Positions 1 through 13,242 are shown, counted from the first letter of the stretch. The stretch is 64,000 bases of DNA from Oculina patagonica (GCF_052425735.1 NC_135761.1:38502001-38566000); one strand, 5' to 3'. The notes: generated from the sequence alone by a model not told the origin. Numbers and translations are program-made.

Positions 1-609
1 GCAACAGTTTCTTGCTATGCTCTAATTCCAGATTCGTATTAAAGTTGCACTTTAATATTCAATTGGATAAAACGTTTTCTGAATTCGTGCGTTGAAAAGT
101 AACATTTAATAAAAAAACCCTCAAGTTTTAATTGTAGGCGAAATGATATCTTATCATTATAGGTGCATGATTCTTATTTTATTGCGGAAGGTAAACTGGG
201 AAATATGTTTAATTCGCTGGTCAAAGCCGTTTGATAAATGTCATCTTATTTTGTTTGCTATGGCCAAAACACGCCTCTGGAATACGATACCATTGCCCAT
301 TAGGAACAAGTTAAGTTGAGTACGTTTTAAGAAGGCAACTTTTGATTTTTTTAAAGACACATCCAAAAATTTAGATCATTTTACCATTTAGTTAATTCCT
401 TTGATATAAATTTCGATATTTTAGTGTAATTTTTACCTACTTTTTATATTACAGTAACTTAATTTTAAAATTTAAGATTCTTAGATTTTTAACATGATCT
501 TAGTTCTTTATATTAGAAAGCAACTGGTTTTTCAGTTTTTTACTGTTATGTGTTTTCCCTCGTTAAATAAAGTTGATTATACTTATTATTTTCGTTGCTG
601 TTTCCAAAA

Positions 610-1242
610 CAAGGAGTTTTTACGGGATGAGGTTGTTAACTCAAGCCCAACCCCCATACCTGGAGGGCCGTGGGTCTGACTTTAGTCTGGACCCTACTCC
701 TTGACCCTTCTGGCTAAGGAGGCCCTACCAGGGGTGCAAACACCCCGCCGGCATAGTTCTTGGAGTCATTGACGCACAAACCACTCAGCCACGTCAAGGC
801 AACAGTCCCAGTGAGTGGTTTATGGCTGCAAATGCTGGCGAATGACTGAACATGACCTGTCAAAACTAGCGTCCTTCAACACAACTAGCCTCAGGAAGAT
901 TCTGAGAATTTTCTGAAAATCTATAACGACCAGCTCCTGAAGCAAACCAAGCAGGAGGATATTCGCACAATTGTCACCAGGAGAAGATGGAGATAGATTG
1001 GACATGTGCTTCGAAAGGACAATAACAACATAGCTAAGACTGCAATGCGCTGGACACCTGAAGGCAAACGCAGAAGAGGGCGTCCATAAACAACTTGGCG
1101 CAGAACGGTAGAAACGGAGTCAAGGGAGCTCAATTACAGCTAGAGCACCATTGAAAAACTGGCTAGAGATAGGCAGGGTTAGAGAAACTTCGTTGCTGCC
1201 CTATGTGCCACACAGGCATGATGGGCAGTAAGTAAGTAAGTA
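610..1242 (+). mobile_element. RTE-clade LINE remnant: inverted 5' UTR (610-820, minus) joined to the 3' end of the RT ORF and a (GTAA)n tail (821-1242, plus)
   Basis: The plus strand reads, through stops and frameshifts, ...RRRWR*IGHVLRK...[22 protein letters not shown]..., a typical RTE C-terminus, and ends in gtaagtaagtaagtaa. The reverse complement of 610-820 resembles RTE/BovB 5' UTRs (...gggggttgggcttgagttaacaacctcatcccgtaaaaa). Confidence 0.8.
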
Positions 1243-1313
1243 ATTATTATTAATATTATTATAGAACAACTTAGGAATCACGTTTCGCACATGAATTTGT
1301 CATATTTTATTTT

Positions 1314-2861
1314 ACTCTGGCCAATGGTTGTATAATATGTAGTAGCGAGTGTCAATCATGGTCAGTGGGTGACACGGGCTTGCCTTTATAGCCCACGATA
1401 TATTATTAGAATTAATCTTTCTTAGCTAGCAAAGCTGCCTTTGTAATTTTTGTTATCAATCTTCAAAATGCCTCCCAAAACGAAAATTTCAAAAAAGTTC
1501 AACAAATCCTCTTCCTCCGAGAGGACATCCCTGATGATCTAAGACATCCTGGTCGAGAACCAGATTACAACAAAGCACGTATTTGAGCACATCGCAAAGC
1601 AGGACCTGGCCAACATGGGCTTAGTTGTCCGCCAGAAAATCCTACTTCGGCAAGTCATCTCTCTCCTACGAAAAGAGTCATCTCCCCCCTCCGACACTCC
1701 CAAAGCCGACCTTGGTGGAAGTGGCAATGATATCTTGCCTGGATTCAATTTGGCAGGGGAGATTTCTAAGCTGGAAGAAGAATTTGAAGCCCCCTTTTTT
1801 GTCAGCACAAACTGACGCAGGCTTCTGGGTAGCAATGCTAATCGGGTTCTACACTTTTTTGGAAAAAAAAAACAGCTAAAGACTTTTGATCCCGCCAAGA
1901 ATTTGTGTAGCAACGACATCATTGTCCGACCATGGTGTTTGGTTATCTGCGTCCCTTGGTCAAAAACTATTCAATTTTGAGAGCATCAGTTGCTCATTCC
2001 CATTCTGCGGCTCTCAAAGGGTCACCCTCTTTGCCCCGTGCAAGCATACGAACGTCATATTTTAGAATTCCCTGTCACCCACACTTTGCCTGCATTCCAG
2101 AAATGGTCACGTCACTCCAATTACACACTCAGCCTTCACCGATAAATTGCGCAAGGTTCTCAGTCATGCAGGCTTCCCAGCGAACAAATTCTCAGGCCAC
2201 AGTTTTCACCATGGTGGAGCTACCTACGCCTTCCATTGCGGTGCTCCTGTGAAACTTATCAGTCTCCAAGGGGACTGGTCCTCAGACCCCGTTTTGCTTT
2301 ATATCGCACAACCACTTGAGTGGAGGCTCTCGGTAGCGAAACTGATTGCCCGTAACATTGACTCTTCTTAACTTTTTATAACATTATTTTTATCATTTCT
2401 TCTTTCCCCTTTCCCGACCTCGTGTTTTCGGATTTTATCGTCTGGCGGTTCGGGCAAGCCACATGGTGTGGCTTGGCTTTTTCTGGCAAACAATAAAATC
2501 ATTTATCTGCTAATAGTTTCCGTTGTCCTTTGTATTAGTGTAAATCAGTCACAAATAAAGTATGTTAGGTATTGGACTCTGGCCAATGGTTGTATAATAC
2601 ACAGTAGGGAGTGTCAATCATTGTCAGTGCGTGACACAGGCTTGCCTTTATAGCCCACGATATATTATTATTATTCGAATTAGTCTTTCTTAGCTAGCAA
2701 AGCCACCTTTGTAATTTTGTTATCCCCACCTACCCACCCGTGAGCCGCATCAAGGGGGTAAGCCTTCTGTTTCACTCCCCCTTTGCTGCAGCTTGGCTTT
2801 TTCCGGCAAACAATAAAGTCATTTATTTGTTGTCCTTTGTATTAGTGTAAATCAGTACAAA
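1314..2861 (+). mobile_element. Internally deleted Ngaro/PAT-type (DIRS order) tyrosine-recombinase retroelement with split direct repeats A1-ORF-B1-A2-B2
   Basis: A1 1314-1457 matches A2 2576-2724, and B1 2471-2555 matches B2 2791-2861. The interior holds the YR C-terminus FSGHSFHHGGATYAF...LQGDWSSDPVLLYI. Confidence 0.85.
2147..2371 (+). pseudogene. Tyrosine recombinase C-terminal fragment of the Ngaro-type element
   Basis: Degenerate HSFRxGGAT box (HSFHHGGAT) and GDWxSD..Y motif. Confidence 0.8.
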
Positions 2862-3969
2862 GAATTAAGGTTATTTTCAAAAGCTATTGTTTTACTTGCA
2901 TCCACTGTTAATGCGAATAGGAAAAAAAATATGGTGGAAGACTATCTATTGCACTTTCTGCGATTTCATTTTTTGCTTGTTTAGTTTGGTCCTTAAAAGG
3001 AAACATATCTTTATATATTTCACATTTTCCACTGCATGTCGATAGTTTCACTTATTTTTTACTTATCTTGTGTTTTCTCCATTTTTCTTTTTACTTTTTC
3101 ATATTTTGCTTCGCCTTGTTGTCGTATACTTAAAGGTTTGTTTTTATTGATTTACGGTATGTTATCGTAATAAGTTTATTTTATACTATTTTTCAACATA
3201 GGGTGTTGCTAAATTACAAAGTGAGCGATAATTGCTTTACAACTTGAGATGATATTACAGCACATTTAATCATGAAGAGGAAAAACTAAGAACAAGTGAG
3301 GATGATTATATAAGCTCTCGCATTATCTTTAGGGCAATGCACAATGTATTTGGAGATTCCATTAAGACATCAAAAAGGAGACTTGAGAAAAAACCCCAAA
3401 AGGTATTCCTTAATCTCAAGTAATGAAATGGGCTTCTTACAAATCGCAAAAGGTTTCCACGGTGCTAAAAGATGATGGATGTAGTTGGCTATTTTGAAAA
3501 TCCTACGGCTTCCAAACCATTCCTCAATGCGTGGACAAATAAATGAGCAAGTCTAATTCATCGCTGGCCCTAGTGAAAAGTTTTCGATATATTTTTTTTC
3601 GGTTTTTAGCTTTCTTTAAACATTTTTTGTTTTAACTGTCCGGGTTTTTTGCATTTGCGTTTAGATATACAAAGTTATTATGGCCTTTTGCCGAAAAATC
3701 CACCATGCCATGAGAATGAAAATCTGGTAAGCTTATAATTATTGTATTTGTCTTTTCCATCTTGCTTCTTAAAAAATGGCGCGTGCTTTATAAGCCTTGC
3801 AAGACGAGGAAACATGATACCAAAAACATGTTAGTTTCATTATTAATTCCTCGTTTTGCCATGCTTCCATGCCATGCGGAAGTGAATTTTAGTTGATTCC
3901 TGTTAACATAGGCACGCAATGTGTGCAAGTGTTTTAAGGCCTCTAGAGATTAATAATAAGTAATAAAAT

Positions 3970-4240
3970 CTTTTATTTATACACGATTAACTGTTCTCTG
4001 ATTACATGCAGAAGAAATATTGTATTATTATTGAAATATACCAAGGGCAATGTGCACCTTTTTCCGTCTCACTGCAGGCAGAAATAAATAAAGCATTGGA
4101 AAAAGAAAATGAGGCCTTAACCATGTAAGCACTTGATGTGTTTAATTTATTCGTTAGTCTTTAATGGTCATACTGTATAGTTAGATTGTGCGCACTTACA
4201 TCACATCATTCTGCGCTTCAAGTTAAACACAGTTAGACAG
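3970..4240. repeat. Dispersed ~270-bp repeat, copy 1 (copy 2 at ~9839-10120); both copies run into GACA repeats
   Basis: Shared blocks include ttattgaaatataccaaggg, caggcagaaataaataa and aaagaaaatgaggccttaaccatgtaagcacttgatg. Confidence 0.8.
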
Positions 4241-4440
4241 ACAGACAGGTAGACAGATAGGCAGGCAGGGAGACAGACAGACTGATAGACAGACAGAGAG
4301 ACATATAGACAGACAGATAAAAAGACAGACTGATAGACAGACATGCAGAAAGGAAAACCAGTAGGCAGCCAGTAGGTCAGACAGACAAATAGTGGAAAAA
4401 CGGAGAGTCAAACAAACATACAGACAGACAGGTAAGCCAG
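4235..4440. repeat. Degenerate (GACA/GGCA/GATA)n microsatellite
   Basis: Visible tetranucleotide array. The ORFs called over it are low-complexity artefacts. Confidence 0.9.
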
Positions 4441-4482
4441 CAGGAAGATCCCACATGCAATCAAGAAGAAGCAGACGCCAGG

Positions 4483-5252
4483 ATGTTGTTTCATGCCAAA
4501 TACGCTGCAAATCCAGAAAAGACAATCGTCATCCAATCAGAAGACACACAGGCTTGTTTTATGCACAGCCCACTTTGTCAGCATCTCACCAAAGAACTGT
4601 GGTTTTGCACTGTTGTAAAAGATCGTCTGCGTTTTGTACCTATTCACGATGTTTGCCAGAACCTTGAAGACAGGGTCCTTGAAGCGTTACCTGCCATTCA
4701 TGCTCTTACTGGCTGTGACAGGAAAAGTTCAATCTCAGGGATTGGTAAGACAAAGGCATGAAGAGCAATGATCTGAAGCTCGGTACATTAGGAAAGCCTT
4801 AGTCTCCTGGGACAAGAACAAGAAGCAGACGAAGAGACACTCACGAAGTGCGAAGCATTCATTTGTGGCATCTATCCATCCTCAAAGAAGAGACCACAGA
4901 CTGCTGAAGAGCTTAGATACATCATGTTCTGTTAGAAAAGCAGAAGAATGAGGCACTTCAACCAACTTCTGATAGTCTGCGGCAACACATACACCGTGCC
5001 AACTCTTGATGCTCTCTTGATGGTATGAAGCAAATCCTGTCCCCAGTGGGACATGGATTGGTAATGGAAGATGGAGAGCTGCAGCCACTTCTGATGACGA
5101 AGGATCCCGCACCCAGCAGCCTTCTGGAGTTGCCAACTTGTGCATGCAAGAGGTCGGAATGTCGAACTAATTGTTCCTGTGCAACTGTCGGTCTTTCCTG
5201 CACAGAGGCTTGCACTTGCATGGCAGAGGAAATGTGTTGCAATCCACATTGA
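4483..5252 (+). pseudogene. Academ-type transposon protein remnant (XPG/H3TH-like nuclease plus C-terminal Cys-rich Zn finger)
   Basis: ALPAIHALTGCDRKSSISGIGKTKA(W), and DPAPSSLLELPTCACKRSECRTNCSCATVGLSCTEACTC...CCNP. Multiple stops. Confidence 0.75.
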
Positions 5253-5721
5253 ATACAGACGGAGAAAGATGATATCAGCGATTCAGACAGGGTTAATTGA
5301 AAAATAAAACTTGAATTAATCCAAGATACACTTATGCTTTTACTAACTTTTCCTAAATTGCTTTTACAGAGGGTTTCACAAAACTTCTGACAATCGGTTT
5401 CCGAAGTTCGCTACGAACTTCAGGATTTCATTACGTAGTTGTCAATCAAAGCGCAAACTTTGGAACGAAGTTGCCAAATTTCCCATCGAACTTTGTTGGG
5501 AATTTGCGAACTTCGAGACAGGTCAGACACGTTTGGCGCCATTATATTTTTGAAATTGTGATAATATGGCGGAAGATTTGTCGAATTGGATGGCATCCTT
5601 CAACTCACTGCCAACGCCAACGAATTTACGAGCAGACTTCAACTTAAATTACTGAGGTCTGATCAAGTCGATGTGATGTTTTCGAGTAAACTGGTTTTCC
5701 AACAGGGCTACCGACAAGTGC

Positions 5722-5893
5722 TATACAAGCACCACTTCAGAATTTAAGCGAATCTGTGGCTGAAATGATTAAAATTTTGCCAGTTGAGATAGAAAACAGA
5801 GAGCACGTATACAAGCACCACTTCAGAATTTAAGCGAATCTGTGGCTGAAATGATTAAAATTTTGCCAGTTGAGATAGAAAACAGAGAGCACG
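5722..5893. repeat. Perfect 86-bp tandem duplication
   Basis: 5722-5807 and 5808-5893 (tatacaagcaccac...agagagcacg). Confidence 0.95.
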
Positions 5894-6104
5894 CTGAAGT
5901 GTTTGATCGAACACTGCTTACTCTACATCCGTGACAATTACACAATTTGGACCTGGACAAAGACGTTATGACATCTCTAAGGAGAGGGCAGCAAACAGAA
6001 GTAAAAGGATGCAGACGGCCAAGAACGAAAGTGAAGAACATTCAGTGGATGACTTGGAAAAGAAAAGTGAAGATGAAGATGAGTTCGATGAAGAAGTTCA
6101 GACA

Positions 6105-6545
6105 GGCATGTACTAAAACCCGAAACAACGAAACGAAACCACCGAAACGAAACGACCGAAACGACCGAAACGAAACCGCCGAAACAACCGAAACGGCCGA
6201 AACGAGCGAAACGAGACGAAATCACCGAAACAAGCAAAACCCATTACAATTATTGAGAGCTAACCGTAAACAGGCTAACCGGAGTGCATAGTAGGCTAAC
6301 CTAAGTGAAACGTAGGCTAACCGGAGTGTGTAGTAGGCTAACAGGAGTGTATAGTAGGCTAAACGGGGTGTATAGTACGGTAAGTGGCGAAAATCTTGAA
6401 GTTTTGCTTGTTTCGGTGATTTCGTTTCGTTTCGCTCGTTTCGGCCGTTTCGGTTGTTTCGGCGGTTTCGTTTCGCTCGTTTTGGTGGTTTCGGTGGTTT
6501 CGTTTCGGTGGTTTCGTTTCGTTGTTTCGGGTTTTAGTATATGCC
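6105..6545. mobile_element. Mutator-like MITE/foldback element with long GAAAC-repeat TIRs and a 9-bp TSD
   Basis: Termini ggcatgtactaaaacccgaaac... and ...gtttcgggttttagtatatgcc. TSD gttcagaca at 6096-6104 and 6546-6554. Internal tandem repeats of the form aggctaaccggagtg. Confidence 0.92.
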
Positions 6546-9034
6546 GTTCAGACAGGTAATGAAGTTGATCCGAAAGGTAAATGCGATGAGGATCTGGGTG
6601 ATTGGTCAAAGAGTGAATATGGAGACCTTGAAGGCGTTTGGTCGAGTGGTGAAGAAGGAGTTGACTCAGGCAATGGAAAAGAGAAAGATCAATGGGGAGG
6701 CCAAGGAAGGATGAATGAGGAGCGACCATATCCCCGGGCCCACATCTGTGCTGGTATTATCGACATCTCTTCAAAAAGGTATGACACTTACACCAAGTTT
6801 TGTCAAATAATGGATTCTGTTGTTTGCAACGAGGAATCGTTTACATTTTACATTTTCCTCTGTGTGAATCGGGTAAGGTGAATTGCAATATAATAATGAA
6901 AAGCGAGGATTGTTATCTATTTTGAAAGAGTGGCGATGTAATTGTGTAAAATAAAATGTTTATTTCTATTCTTTTGCGGTTATTTTCGATTTGGGCACAT
7001 TTTTAGAGTAGTCAGGCAAAATGGTATAAGGAAATATAATTTCTCTGCTTTCTTCGGTATAGCATGCCATGCAAAGGTGAAAAAGTAACAAGATGCGCTG
7101 AGTCTTGGTGTCTTGCCAACATCATGTTCATAGCAGTTCAACACTCTTGTCATTTATTTCTTCTTTATTTTCAACATTCGAGATAAAATCATATTGGCTA
7201 GGGTCCCAAGGTGCAAGGTTATTGTATTATAACTTGGTTAGCTACGCGATCAGTTTCACATACAAGCAAATTATTTTGTTCATCAACATCTCTAGAAAAA
7301 AAAAGACCTTCCAATATTTGTTTTCGTTTTGCCTCTCATTTCTTGGAACTTTGTAACACTAATTGTAAAATTCATTAACTATTCATGAGGGTGCAAACCA
7401 ATCCCAGCACAGTATTCAATACAAATCAAACAATAGAATTAACTTTTGATACAAATCTCTACTGATTCTCATAACAATACTTTGCATTCAACTTATTGTT
7501 TTCATTTCACAAATAGAATAAAATATTCGCGTCCGATCTGTATTTTTCGCTCATATTTTATCTACTACATATAACGAATGATGCCGTGGTTAAAGAAGAG
7601 GAAAGCTGATTGCATTGAAGTAAGAAACCCTCTACAAAGTCAGGAATAAAAATAAATATGAAGTTCGGAATTCAACCCAACCTCGCTCATACCGTCTCTT
7701 TTTTTCCCTAAAAACTGTTATTTACTCAAGTTTACAACTGGTTGTCTGCAGGAAAGACTAACCATAAGTTTCTTTTTCTGAGAATGTCAATATCAGTCAC
7801 ATCGAGAAAACTCTTAACTAATACGTTGATTTCAGCTGGAGGTACACGCAGGTTGGAGAACGCAAGAGACAGTTGGAATAAGCACATAAGTAATTTACTT
7901 TGCCCTTTATTTAAATATCTCAATTCACTGACCATAAGCATAAAAAATAGTTAATGAGCCCACAATCTAATAGAATGACCCTTTTTTATAAAAACGCATT
8001 ACCTGATATGCTGATGTCAATTGACCATCACATGGATGCCAGTAACAAATAGGTGAGGGTTTATATATTTCTGAAGTGTGCGACAATGTACGTACGCCGT
8101 ACGGACAAACCCTCGAGCCGTGCTGCTAGCCATGATGACCATGAAAACCCAGGTTCATGGTTTTCCTATTTCTGTGGATTTTCTATGGATTTGAGGCTCC
8201 ACACTGTGGCCCGTTCGGCTGCTGTGGAGCTCCGCTAATTATTTTGTGTGCTCTTTTTAAACTGCCATCATTTAACAAGGTTTATGACATGGTAATTTGT
8301 TTGCGATTTCACTTCGTTGATGTCAGTAGACCATTATAAATACATGGAGACAATGCAAACTGTTAAAGGATATTTGATTTAATACTTTTACTTTATCAAA
8401 CTGATTCATCTTGTTGATGTATATAAGATCAAATAGCATGTCGTTACATCACCCCCAAACAGGTGGCATCGTGTATAAATCTACTAGACATCAAGTGAGG
8501 CCTGACGTCACAGCAATGTACATTCCGTATGAATATCTATCAACGTGCAATTGGTTGTTTCCCACCATCAATGGAACGCCATGGCCACTCGTTCCCAGAC
8601 ACTTTGTGAAATTGAAAAGATCAGATACATGTTGGCATATGAATTAATGGAAAAAAATAATTCCATTAAAGGGGAAGAAGTGTCTAATTATGATGTAAGG
8701 ATGCTTTTAGACGAGATGGAAGAAAACATACCCTGGAATATCCGTCTCCATATTTCCCAAAGTGGAGCCAACGGTTTAGCTTATTTGCAATCAAAAGTAT
8801 TATTCGCAGGAATGTGAAGGCAGCCAATTTTTTTATTTCTGGAGGATAGATGAACCTTGAGTGGATAATAAAAATTGGTAATTTTGGGGAGGCATTGTAT
8901 CACCACAAACTAACAACGTTAACCATCACTTCGTCACAGCCCTTGACAGAGAGGAACGCTAAAAAAGAAACTTCCCGTCATTTAGTTGTTGGCCTGCACC
9001 AAGCACTCGGTATTGTCTGATGTCTTGTACTTAA

Positions 9035-9212
9035 TTTCTTTTTCCTTTTTTTTGCGTAGTACTTTCTTACTCATTACGACCTTGTCAAGCAACTACCCCA
9101 CTCATTTAGTTTATTTCTATTCTGGTTATTTTTTTGCCTATTTTAGTTAATTTATATTCTGCTGTTATTTTTTCTCTATTTAATTTGGCAAAATAAATGG
9201 TTGTTGTCGTTG
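9035..9212 (+). repeat. Non-LTR retroelement 3' tail with (GTT)n end; second copy at ~61060-61253
   Basis: Both copies share tttagtttatttctattctg...tatttaatttggcaaaataaat...ggttgttgt. Confidence 0.7.
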
Positions 9213-10145
9213 TTCTATAACTTTGCGCTTTTCCTCTACAAACTGGTGTTTCCTCTGAAGTCTCATCCGTGGCACGGGTTATGTGACATTCCAGAGTTAA
9301 TCATTTCAACCACAGAGAAAGGTGTACGTCCTTCTTTAAACTTTTCCAAGGGACAATCTGACTCATTTGCAAACCTAATGCTGAAAAGGAACTACTTCTT
9401 AAAAAAACCGAGCATGACGGAAGTTTCTGAAACACTGAAAGAAATTCTAGCATCTTAGAGCAAAGAAATGGTAGCCGAATCTTCTCCAGTCGCTCCTATT
9501 TACCTTGCGAACAAAAACAAGGAGAACAGCGACAATGTTTTGGTCACACCATTATCGGTCCACACCAAAACAGAGTTGTAGAGGATGCCTCAGAATTGCT
9601 AGTTCAAGGTCTTGCTTTGAGTAAAAAGTAATGTTGACCGAGGAAAACGCTGCAGTGTTTTAGATGGAACTAATTCATGTTCCTTTTTATTGTGAACAAT
9701 ATAACTCATGTGAAAAACACTGTGGAAAGAATCATAACTACTCTCCCTGCTCAAATTAACACCTTGCGTGACCTAAACGAGCATTCCTCTGTGGACGAAG
9801 CCTATGAAATACTTTGTAAAAATCAATTAGTACAAAGCTTTTATTTATACCAATAAACTGTTATTTGATTAAATGCAGCCGAAATATTGTATCATTATTG
9901 AAATATACCAAGGGGAATGAGCACCTGTTTCGGTCCCTCCACAGGCAGAAATAAATAAGGCATTGAAAAAAGAAAATGAGGCCTTAACCATGTAAGCACT
10001 TGATGTATTTATTCGGTCATATAGTTATGTTTGGTCATACTGTGTAGTTAGATTATGTGCGCGCTTACATAACGTCATTCTGCGCTTTAAGTTAAACACA
10101 CAGTGAGACCGACAGACAGGCAGGCAATATACAGGCAAGCGAAAA

Positions 10146-10403
10146 TTGATCAAGAAAATGGACAAATCAGAGAGGAAATACCAGAAGTCAATGGAAACAT
10201 TCGCAAACAGTTTGTCATCAATGAGTGCAACACTAAACAGTGGGTTTGCCATGCTTGGAAATTTGTTACAGAATCCAAACCAGGCACAAGGAATTCAAGC
10301 TCCTCCTCGTTACATGCCACAAACTCAGGCCTTCCAGCAAGCAAGCAGTTTCATCCCTTTAGATATACATATGTACTTTGAAGGCAAAAACCCATACACA
10401 TAA
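10146..10403 (+). pseudogene. Possible C-terminal fragment of a transposon accessory protein (coiled coil plus Q/P-rich tail)
   Basis: KKMDKSERKYQKSMETFANSLSSMSATLNSGFAML. The resemblance to Myb/MADF accessory proteins is from memory only. Confidence 0.25.
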
Positions 10404-11974
10404 TTCTAACTGACTCTTTTCAGTAAGAGTTTAAGTTTGTTTCATTTTTTATTTATGATTTACGAACTGTGTTTCAAGACGCTTAAAGAATTGAGTTTTA
10501 AGGGACCATTTGTAATAGGGGGAGGGAGTAGGGTGGTTGGTGAAAATTTTAGTTTATCTTAATTTATTTCTGTTCCACCCTCATGCACCAATCAGTGTAA
10601 CCCCCTGCCCCCATCCCCAGCCCTGGGGATTAGGCACGGATTAGGCATTGTGGACCTACTGCCCCACATATCCACTATGCAGGGACATTTTAGACTGCCC
10701 ATTTTACTGCCCTTTGCCAGATCATATAGCTTTGCTGTATCATGATCATTATTTTGTTTCTAAATCACATCTGTAACACAAATGTGGGAAAACAAAATTA
10801 ATTTTATACTTCATGCAATTTGGGAGATAATAATACATGCACAGTATTATGTTATACGCAAACGATAAAAAACATCTAATGACTGAATTTTCTGAAATTG
10901 AGCCGGATTCAACTTTTTTGGTTGATTTTTAATTAGCTGGATTACCATGGTAATGCAACATGTTCTTACACAACACTCAAAAATTTCAAAAACAGTTTCT
11001 GACTTGTAAACTGTCAAACTTGAGCTCATCTTCTGTAATGGTTTGGGTGTGGGAGAAATATAATGTTACGTAATGTAATATTTCTCCCAATGTTTGGAGT
11101 ACATAACGATGTTTGGAGTTACGTACTCCAAAGATCGGAAAAGTGTGTTCTGCCACCTTAATGGAAGTTAGTTGCCTGATCACACGGGAAATCCTGAAAG
11201 TGACATGTGAATGAGTATTCAATTCATGCTGAAATACGATCTTCCAGTATTGCCAAGTGCAACTACTGACATGTACATACATCAAAAAATGTTTTGCTGT
11301 TTTATTTTTTTTTATTTTTATGAAAGCAAATATTTAGACAGCCTTGTATATCATTATGTAGCACCACTAGAGCTCAAACATACATTGATCGGAATTCTAA
11401 TTCATCCACATAAAAAGAATATTCACTCTGGATTTAAACATTTTTTACGTGAACATTTCAGTTGAAAGCAGTCAGTACCAAACCAATACACTTCAAGGTG
11501 ATCCATGAAGAATTTAAAGGTATAACATCTACCAAACAAGGGGGTCCAGGATTTTTCAAAGAGGGGTGGCTGTTGACAAATATTTTGAGGGTAGCAAAGG
11601 GAGTTTGCATGACATATGAAAATAGGGCAATTAGACCATGACGCATGAAAATAACTAGAAAAGACAGGTGATTTGTGAATTTTGCTATCTCAAGTATACA
11701 TGAGACGTGAGTTTGGATAATAAAAATTTGTGCGTAAAACGGGATGACGACAACCCCTTTACTACAAGTGCGAAGCAAGATCATTCATCAACTCCTTGGC
11801 AACTAACAAACACTTCAAGTCTAGACTGATCAGAGATATGAGGAAAGTCATCGAACTATTAGCAGATCCATGCTGCTGAAAGCAGTGACAGTCCACCTCG
11901 CGTGCCTGGCACAGCCTCGCTCTAAAGCATAATAAAATACCTCACCTTGTCACGCCTGGAAAAAGGAAAGGGGA

Positions 11975-12523
11975 ATATCGATGTGAAAAAACTGTCCTCA
12001 CTATAACGGTATGCGAATTTGTTCACATACAGTGGAAACAGCAGAGCAAAATGGAGAGCTGTTAGACTTCCTCGCCCTGTACCAATGCTCTAGCTTAAAG
12101 AGGGGAATAAACCTCTCTAAAACATCAACAACGGACATCCAGAAGCTACCAATAGAAGCGTGCGTAAAGTGTAAAGTGTGCGTACCCTCAAAATTATCCC
12201 GAACCCTTGCCCACTGCAAGACCGTTCATCTTAAAAGAGATGCACTCTCGCAACAAAAAAAAACAGAAACGATATGCAGTCCTCCATTCGATTACTGTGT
12301 CGCCCGAAAGGAACGGCTACCATTCTGGGTCCGTGCAACTGGCATGCTCCGCACTCCCTCTCGGGCAGCAGATCTACATTATCATCTCCACGTAGTGTGT
12401 ATCCAAAATCAGGAGCCTTTGTTCAATCCGCGCTCTCTCGATATACCCAGAGGTCTGGCTCTCTCTGATTGTCACAAAAACCACCTCGAACAAGAGTTTG
12501 GTTTAGATACAAGTGAACTTTAA
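11975..12523 (+). pseudogene. SWIM Zn-finger transposon protein C-terminal remnant (MULE-associated type)
   Basis: C..KNCPHYNGMRICSHT (SWIM CxC..CxH), followed by PPFDYCVARKER...LHYHLHVVC...HKNHLEQEFG. Confidence 0.55.
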
Positions 12524-12618
12524 TTTCATTTCACTGGATACTGAAAGGCCGAGGGGCTAAGCAACCTGTTTTCCCTCTGAGCCCCTTTCTTCTGTCACTG
12601 TTTGCGTTTCTTGTTTCT

Positions 12619-12996
12619 ATTGGCCGTTCCGAGGTTGCGCAAAATATAAACTCTTGAATTTTTTTTGATTTTGTTGAAACTCTTGAAAATAGTGGTTTTC
12701 ATCTTAGTTTCTTTCAAGGTCTTCAAGTAATGGGTCTTTGGCAGGATTTTACAGTTGTCGTAAAACGGATACAAATTTTAAGAGTTTATATGGTTTATTA
12801 TGGTTTTGAGGGACGCTGGCTAACAATTAGAGACGATTGTATGGATTTTGAACCATGTTTCAAGGTCCATAACTTTGTTTCTGTTCATGCTGAAAGCATT
12901 AAACTTTGTCAAATGACCAATCTCACCGTGATCTTTCATCGATTAAGTAAAATTTAAAACTCGCCCAGTCCCCTGCACAACATCGGAACGGCTAAT
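12619..12996. mobile_element. Non-autonomous TIR element (MITE)
   Basis: attggccgttccgaggttgcgca at the left end is an imperfect inverted repeat of tgcacaacatcggaacggctaat at the right end. Confidence 0.65.
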
Positions 12997-13089
12997 TGTT
13001 GAGTTTTTATTTGCACTCACCAGCGTTTGTTTAGTTCATAGTTGGCTGTCTCTGTTTTTTAACATCTGAATGCAACGGCTTACAGAATG

Positions 13090-13224
13090 TGTTGTAAACA
13101 GTTTCATATAATTTATGTAAATTTATTAATGTAGTCAAATTAGGCGATCACGTGGTTTATATATTGCACCATCTTGTAATATCGATTCGACGACGAATAA
13201 ACATGTCTTGTTGTGTTCACTAAA
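13090..13224 (+). repeat. 5' LTR (135 bp)
   Basis: tgttgtaaac...gttcactaaa, identical to 18951-19085. Contains aataaa. Confidence 0.97.
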
Positions 13225-13242
13225 TGGCGCCCAACGTGGGGC
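13225..13242 (+). promoter_or_regulatory. Primer-binding site complementary to the 3' end of tRNA-Lys(CUU)
   Basis: tggcgcccaacgtggggc directly after the 5' LTR, the classical Lys1,2 PBS. Confidence 0.9.

Larger units (their letters stand above)
5566..6881 (+). pseudogene. Degraded acidic-protein gene, disrupted by an 86-bp tandem duplication and a MITE
   Basis: Starts MAEDLSNWM at 5566. Removing 6105-6554 joins ...EDEFDEEVQT to GNEVDPKGKCDEDL... in frame. Product unknown. Confidence 0.5.

Noticed and set aside
4223-4525. ORFs over GACA, GAAAC, CCGAC and CATA repeats (also 5947-6729, 43993-44310, 52802-53150)
   Set aside because: Low-complexity artefacts of microsatellites and MITE arms.
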